This document shows positions 60,407 to 64,000 of a DNA stretch of 64,000 nucleotides, piece by piece. Below the pieces are notes generated by a model that searched no databases, was not told the origin of the DNA, and saw nothing but the letters and a program-made list of their open reading frames with translations. This DNA comes from Methyloceanibacter sp. GTDB lineage: Bacteria > Pseudomonadota > Alphaproteobacteria > Rhizobiales > Methyloligellaceae. Location of the stretch: assembly GCA_018067145.1 (NCBI GenBank), contig JAGPVD010000158.1, positions 15,850-79,849 of the forward strand, given 5' to 3'. The stretch's first letter is position 1, and every line of letters starts with the position of its first letter. A program made the position numbers and the translations under genes.

Positions 60407-61102
60407 ATGAATATCATCGAAGAGCTCGATAAAGAGCAACTCGCCGCGCTGACCAAGAAGCGCAGAGTTCCCGAATTCGGTCCCGGCGACACCGTCCGCG
60501 TCAACGTCAAGGTCATCGAAGGCGAGCGCTCCCGCGTTCAGGCCTATGAGGGCGTTTGCATCGGCCGCGCCGGTGGCGGAATCAACGAGAACTTCGCCGT
60601 CCGCAAGATTTCCTACGGCGAGGGCGTCGAGCGCGTCTTTCCGATCCATTCGCCGCTGATTGATTCCATCGAGGTTGTGCGCCGTGGCCGTGTCCGCCGT
60701 GCCAAGCTCTATTATCTTCGTGGCCGTCGCGGTAAGGCCGCTCGTATTCCCGAGCGCCAGGACGCACGCGGCAAGAAGAAGGCGACGCTCAAGCGCTTCA
60801 CCAAGCCGAAGGGCCCCGCCGACGACCTAAAGCTCATTGAGGGCCTAACGCCGGAGCTTGAAAAGAAGCTCAATAAGGTCGGCCTCATCCAGTTCGCGCA
60901 GATCGCCAATCTTACCGACGAGGAGATCGCGCAGATCGACGACGCCCTGTCCATGGGTGGCCAGATCGAGCATGACGATTGGTCGGGGAAGGCGGTCGCG
61001 TTGATGGCCGAGACCACCGCTGAGGAAGTTCCCGCCGAGGAAGAGCCCAAGGCGGAAGCTGAGGCGGACAAGTCTGACGAAGCCGAGAAGCCCAAGGAGT
61101 AG
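60407..61102 (+). CDS. rplS: 50S ribosomal protein L19 fused to a C-terminal HhH-like domain and acidic tail
   Basis: [39 protein letters not shown]. Then [24 protein letters not shown]. Confidence 0.95.
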   Translation: MNIIEELDKEQLAALTKKRRVPEFGPGDTVRVNVKVIEGERSRVQAYEGVCIGRAGGGINENFAVRKISYGEGVERVFPIHSPLIDSIEVVRRGRVRRAKLYYLRGRRGKAARIPERQDARGKKKATLKRFTKPKGPADDLKLIEGLTPELEKKLNKVGLIQFAQIANLTDEEIAQIDDALSMGGQIEHDDWSGKAVALMAETTAEEVPAEEEPKAEAEADKSDEAEKPKE

Positions 61103-61122
61103 AGCAAAAGCTCTATTCGCAG

Positions 61123-61152
61123 GTCATGGCCGGGCTTGTCCCGGCCATCCAC
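61123..61152. repeat. alphaproteobacterial REP-like palindrome (half element)
   Basis: GTCATGGCCGGGCTTGTCCCGGCCATCCAC, a repeat I recognise from Rhizobiales intergenic regions. Single copy in this window. Confidence 0.65.
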
Positions 61153-61273
61153 GATTTTTTACGCTGACGACCTAAAACCTGGTTGCCGGGTGACCCTTGG
61201 TTGGCAAGCCGGACTTCAATCGCTATCTGACGTGTAGAGAATTGAGAACTTCGCCGTTCAACAAGACCCGACA

Positions 61274-62680
61274 ATGACCAAGCCCCGCACCCTTTACGAT
61301 AAGATCTGGGACTGGCATCTGGTGCATGAAGCGCCGGACGGAACGTCCCTCATCTATATAGACCGCCATCTCGTGCATGAGGTGACGAGCCCGCAGGCCT
61401 TCGAGGGCTTGCGCATGGCGGGCCGCAAAGTGCGCGCGCCAGAGAAGACGCTGGCCGTAGTCGATCACAACGTGCCGACCACCGACCGGTCCAAGACGAT
61501 CGAGGACCCTCAGTCGGCGCTTCAGATCGATACGTTGGCGAAGAACGCGGCGGACTTTGGCGTCGAGTATTATCACGAGCACGATAAGCGTCAGGGCATC
61601 GTGCATGTGGTCGGTCCCGAGCAGGGCTTTACGCTGCCCGGCACCACCATCGTTTGCGGCGACAGCCACACATCGACCCATGGCGCCTTTGGCGCGCTGG
61701 CCCACGGCATCGGCACGTCCGAGGTGGAGCATGTACTCGCCACCCAGACGCTGATCCAGCAGAAGGCCAAGAACCTGCGCGTGCGCGTGGACGGCAAATT
61801 GCCCGAAGGCGTCACCGCGAAAGACATCATCCTCGCCATCATTGGCGATATCGGCACTGCTGGCGGCACCGGCCACGTCATCGAATATTGTGGCGAAGCG
61901 ATCGAAGCGCTCTCCATGGAAGGGCGCATGACCATCTGCAATATGTCGATTGAAGGCGGCGCTCGCGCCGGCCTGATCGCGCCCGACGCCAAGACATTCG
62001 AATACATCAAGGGCCGCCCGCGCGCGCCCAAGGCCGGCCAGTTCGAAATGGCGCAACGGGATTGGGAGACACTCTATTCCGACGAAGACGCCGTATTCGA
62101 CCGCGAGATCGTGCTACACGCCGAGAATCTGCCGCCCATTGTCTCTTGGGGCACCAGCCCCGAGCAGGTGACCTCCGTTGACGGCCGCGTGCCGGTCCTT
62201 TCGGAGATCGACGACGAGACCAAGCGGAAGGCCGCGGAACGCGCGCTCGACTATATGGGCCTTGAGGGCGGTGAGAAGATCACCGACATCACCCTGGACC
62301 GCATCTTCATCGGCTCTTGCACCAATGGCCGCATCGAGGATCTCCGCGCGGTCGCCAAGATCGTCGAAGGCAAACAGGTGAACGAAAATCTGAGCGCCAT
62401 GATCGTGCCGGGCTCAGGGCTGGTGAAAGCCCAAGCCGAAGAAGAGGGCTTGGATGCCATCTTCAAAGCGGCGGGCTTTGAGTGGCGCGAGCCGGGCTGT
62501 TCCATGTGCCTTGCCATGAACCCCGATAAGCTTAGCCCGCGCGAGCGTCGCGCTTCCACGTCGAACCGCAATTTCGAGGGCCGTCAGGGCCGGCTCGGCC
62601 GCACCCATCTCGTGTCGCCGCAAATGGCCGCGGCAGCTGCGATCGCCGGTCGCTTCGTCGACGTCCGCGAGATTCATTAA
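61274..62680 (+). CDS. leuC: 3-isopropylmalate dehydratase large subunit
   Basis: [48 protein letters not shown]. Confidence 0.97.
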   Translation: MTKPRTLYDKIWDWHLVHEAPDGTSLIYIDRHLVHEVTSPQAFEGLRMAGRKVRAPEKTLAVVDHNVPTTDRSKTIEDPQSALQIDTLAKNAADFGVEYYHEHDKRQGIVHVVGPEQGFTLPGTTIVCGDSHTSTHGAFGALAHGIGTSEVEHVLATQTLIQQKAKNLRVRVDGKLPEGVTAKDIILAIIGDIGTAGGTGHVIEYCGEAIEALSMEGRMTICNMSIEGGARAGLIAPDAKTFEYIKGRPRAPKAGQFEMAQRDWETLYSDEDAVFDREIVLHAENLPPIVSWGTSPEQVTSVDGRVPVLSEIDDETKRKAAERALDYMGLEGGEKITDITLDRIFIGSCTNGRIEDLRAVAKIVEGKQVNENLSAMIVPGSGLVKAQAEEEGLDAIFKAAGFEWREPGCSMCLAMNPDKLSPRERRASTSNRNFEGRQGRLGRTHLVSPQMAAAAAIAGRFVDVREIH

Positions 62681-62708
62681 GCTCGCGTTTCACACCGGGC
62701 AGGTGCGC

Positions 62709-63497
62709 GTGACGAACTCCCTAGTTCAACAGAAATTTGGTGCAGCCGCCGCCGACTATGCGGCCTCGCCCGTGCATGCGGCGGGCCCGTCGCTGGCGCG
62801 GCTGGTGGAGTTTATCGAGACCAAGCCGACCTGGCGCGTACTCGACATCGCCACCGGCGCAGGGCACACCGCGCTCGCCTTCGCACCCAAAGTTGCCAAG
62901 GTCACCGCCAGCGACATCACGCCGGAGATGCTGGCCGAGACTCGACGCCTCGCCAAAGAGCGCAGGCTCAGTAATGTGGTGGCGACGCGGGCATCAGCGG
63001 ACGACCTGCCCTTCCCCGACACGAGCTACAATCTCGTCACATGCCGCCTCGCCGCGCATCATTTCGACGATCCTGCGGGCTTCGTGAGTGAGGCCGCACG
63101 CGTTCTTATTCCAGGCGGCATTTTCGCGCTCGTCGACAATATCGCGCCCGAGGATGATGCGTTGGCGGTTCGCTACAACGCTTTCGAGAAGCTGCGCGAC
63201 CCGAGCCATGGGCGTTGCCTGAGTCTCGACGAATGGCGCGGCGTTGTCTCTGAGGCCGTGCTCACTTCGACGGAAAGCGAGGTCATGGATCAAGACATCG
63301 TCTTCAATCTCTGGGTCGCACGTATGCGATGCGCGCCGTCGACCGTCGCTCGCCTCAAGGAGATGCTCGGCGCGGAGCCATTGCGTGCGCTCCTGCGGCC
63401 GCGCGAGACCGAAGACGGCCTGACCTTCACGCTGCGCGAGGCCATCGTCTTGGCGAAGAAACCGGCGTCGGACAAACCTTCAATGAGGCGCGCATGA
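62709..63497 (+). CDS. class I SAM-dependent methyltransferase (YafE/UbiE-like)
   Basis: QFG..A..Y..S.VH, VLDIATGAGH, CRLAAHHF, EKLRDPSH. Confidence 0.85.
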   Translation: MTNSLVQQKFGAAAADYAASPVHAAGPSLARLVEFIETKPTWRVLDIATGAGHTALAFAPKVAKVTASDITPEMLAETRRLAKERRLSNVVATRASADDLPFPDTSYNLVTCRLAAHHFDDPAGFVSEAARVLIPGGIFALVDNIAPEDDALAVRYNAFEKLRDPSHGRCLSLDEWRGVVSEAVLTSTESEVMDQDIVFNLWVARMRCAPSTVARLKEMLGAEPLRALLRPRETEDGLTFTLREAIVLAKKPASDKPSMRRA

Positions 63498-63904
63498 CCG
63501 CCGACTGGTACGAGCACCGGCCTCCAACAATCGCCGAATTCGAGGACATCGCGCAGGGCGCCTATGAGCGGCTGCCGGAGACTTTTCGCGCGCTCACCGC
63601 CGAACTTCTGATCCGCGTTGAGGACTTCGCCACCGAGGAGATTTTGGACAGCATGGGCATCAACTCGCCCTTCGATCTGCTCGGCCTTTATTCCGGTGTC
63701 GATCTCGCCCGCAAGAGCGTCATGGATGTCGCCGCGATACCGGACATGGTATTTCTCTATCGCAGCCCTATCCTCGAATATTGGTCCGAGCACAACGACA
63801 CACTCGTGCACGTCATCACCCATGTGCTGGTGCATGAGATCGGCCACCATTTCGGATTGTCTGACGCCGACATGGAGCGCATCGAGGTCGACGCGGTTCA
63901 CTAG
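63494..63904 (+). CDS. Zincin_1 family metallopeptidase
   Basis: LLGLYSG, FLYR.PIL, HVLVHEIGHHFGLSD. Confidence 0.9.
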   Translation: MTADWYEHRPPTIAEFEDIAQGAYERLPETFRALTAELLIRVEDFATEEILDSMGINSPFDLLGLYSGVDLARKSVMDVAAIPDMVFLYRSPILEYWSEHNDTLVHVITHVLVHEIGHHFGLSDADMERIEVDAVH

Positions 63905-64000
63905 GCGCCGGGATTGCCGGTTGACGCTACGAGGCCCCGCCCTCAGACTGATCCGGAAGCTTGGGCAGTAGAGGGTAAAATCATGCGGTCAGCCGCCCAT

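Noticed and set aside
61160-61273. Leucine attenuator upstream of leuC
   Set aside because: No Leu-rich leader peptide and no terminator/antiterminator pair is evident.
1-64000. CRISPR arrays, IS elements, prophage or defence systems
   Set aside because: No spaced direct-repeat arrays, transposases, integrases or phage/defence genes were recognised.

Overview
High-GC alphaproteobacterial core-chromosome segment. Gene order and sequences point to Hyphomicrobiales, possibly Methyloceanibacter-like (inference). It carries about 65 genes, mostly housekeeping: DUF4175/DUF2333/hpt, zitP-like and ftsEX, phaR-phaAB, gloB, metXW, hisC-tyrC, rpmF-mtgA-ispA-ispG, a Zur-regulated zinc ABC operon, cydAB, a GH3 hydrolase, pit/NUDIX, tesA-ybbAP, yccA, acnA, ccmABCDG, ispZ-ftsY-mtaB-dapF, ffh-rpsP-rimM-trmD-rplS and leuC. 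I found no tRNA, rRNA, CRISPR array, transposase or integrase. The most notable items are: (i) an uncharacterised 139-aa gene with degenerate GIY-YIG-like motifs whose promoter has both a perfect alphaproteobacterial LexA box and a perfect CtrA box; (ii) two unannotated structured sRNA candidates with C-rich (anti-SD-like) loops flanking DUF2794, at least one behind a sigma32-type promoter; (iii) ribosomal protein L19 fused to an extra HhH-like domain; (iv) histone-H1-like basic tails on CcmD and CcmG; (v) a 48-aa membrane microprotein in the zinc operon; (vi) accessory genes wedged into the ffh-rplS operon; (vii) several nonsense or deletion pseudogenes plus substitutions at normally conserved residues, suggesting genome erosion or sequence error. 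All family assignments are from motif recognition and recall, not database searches.
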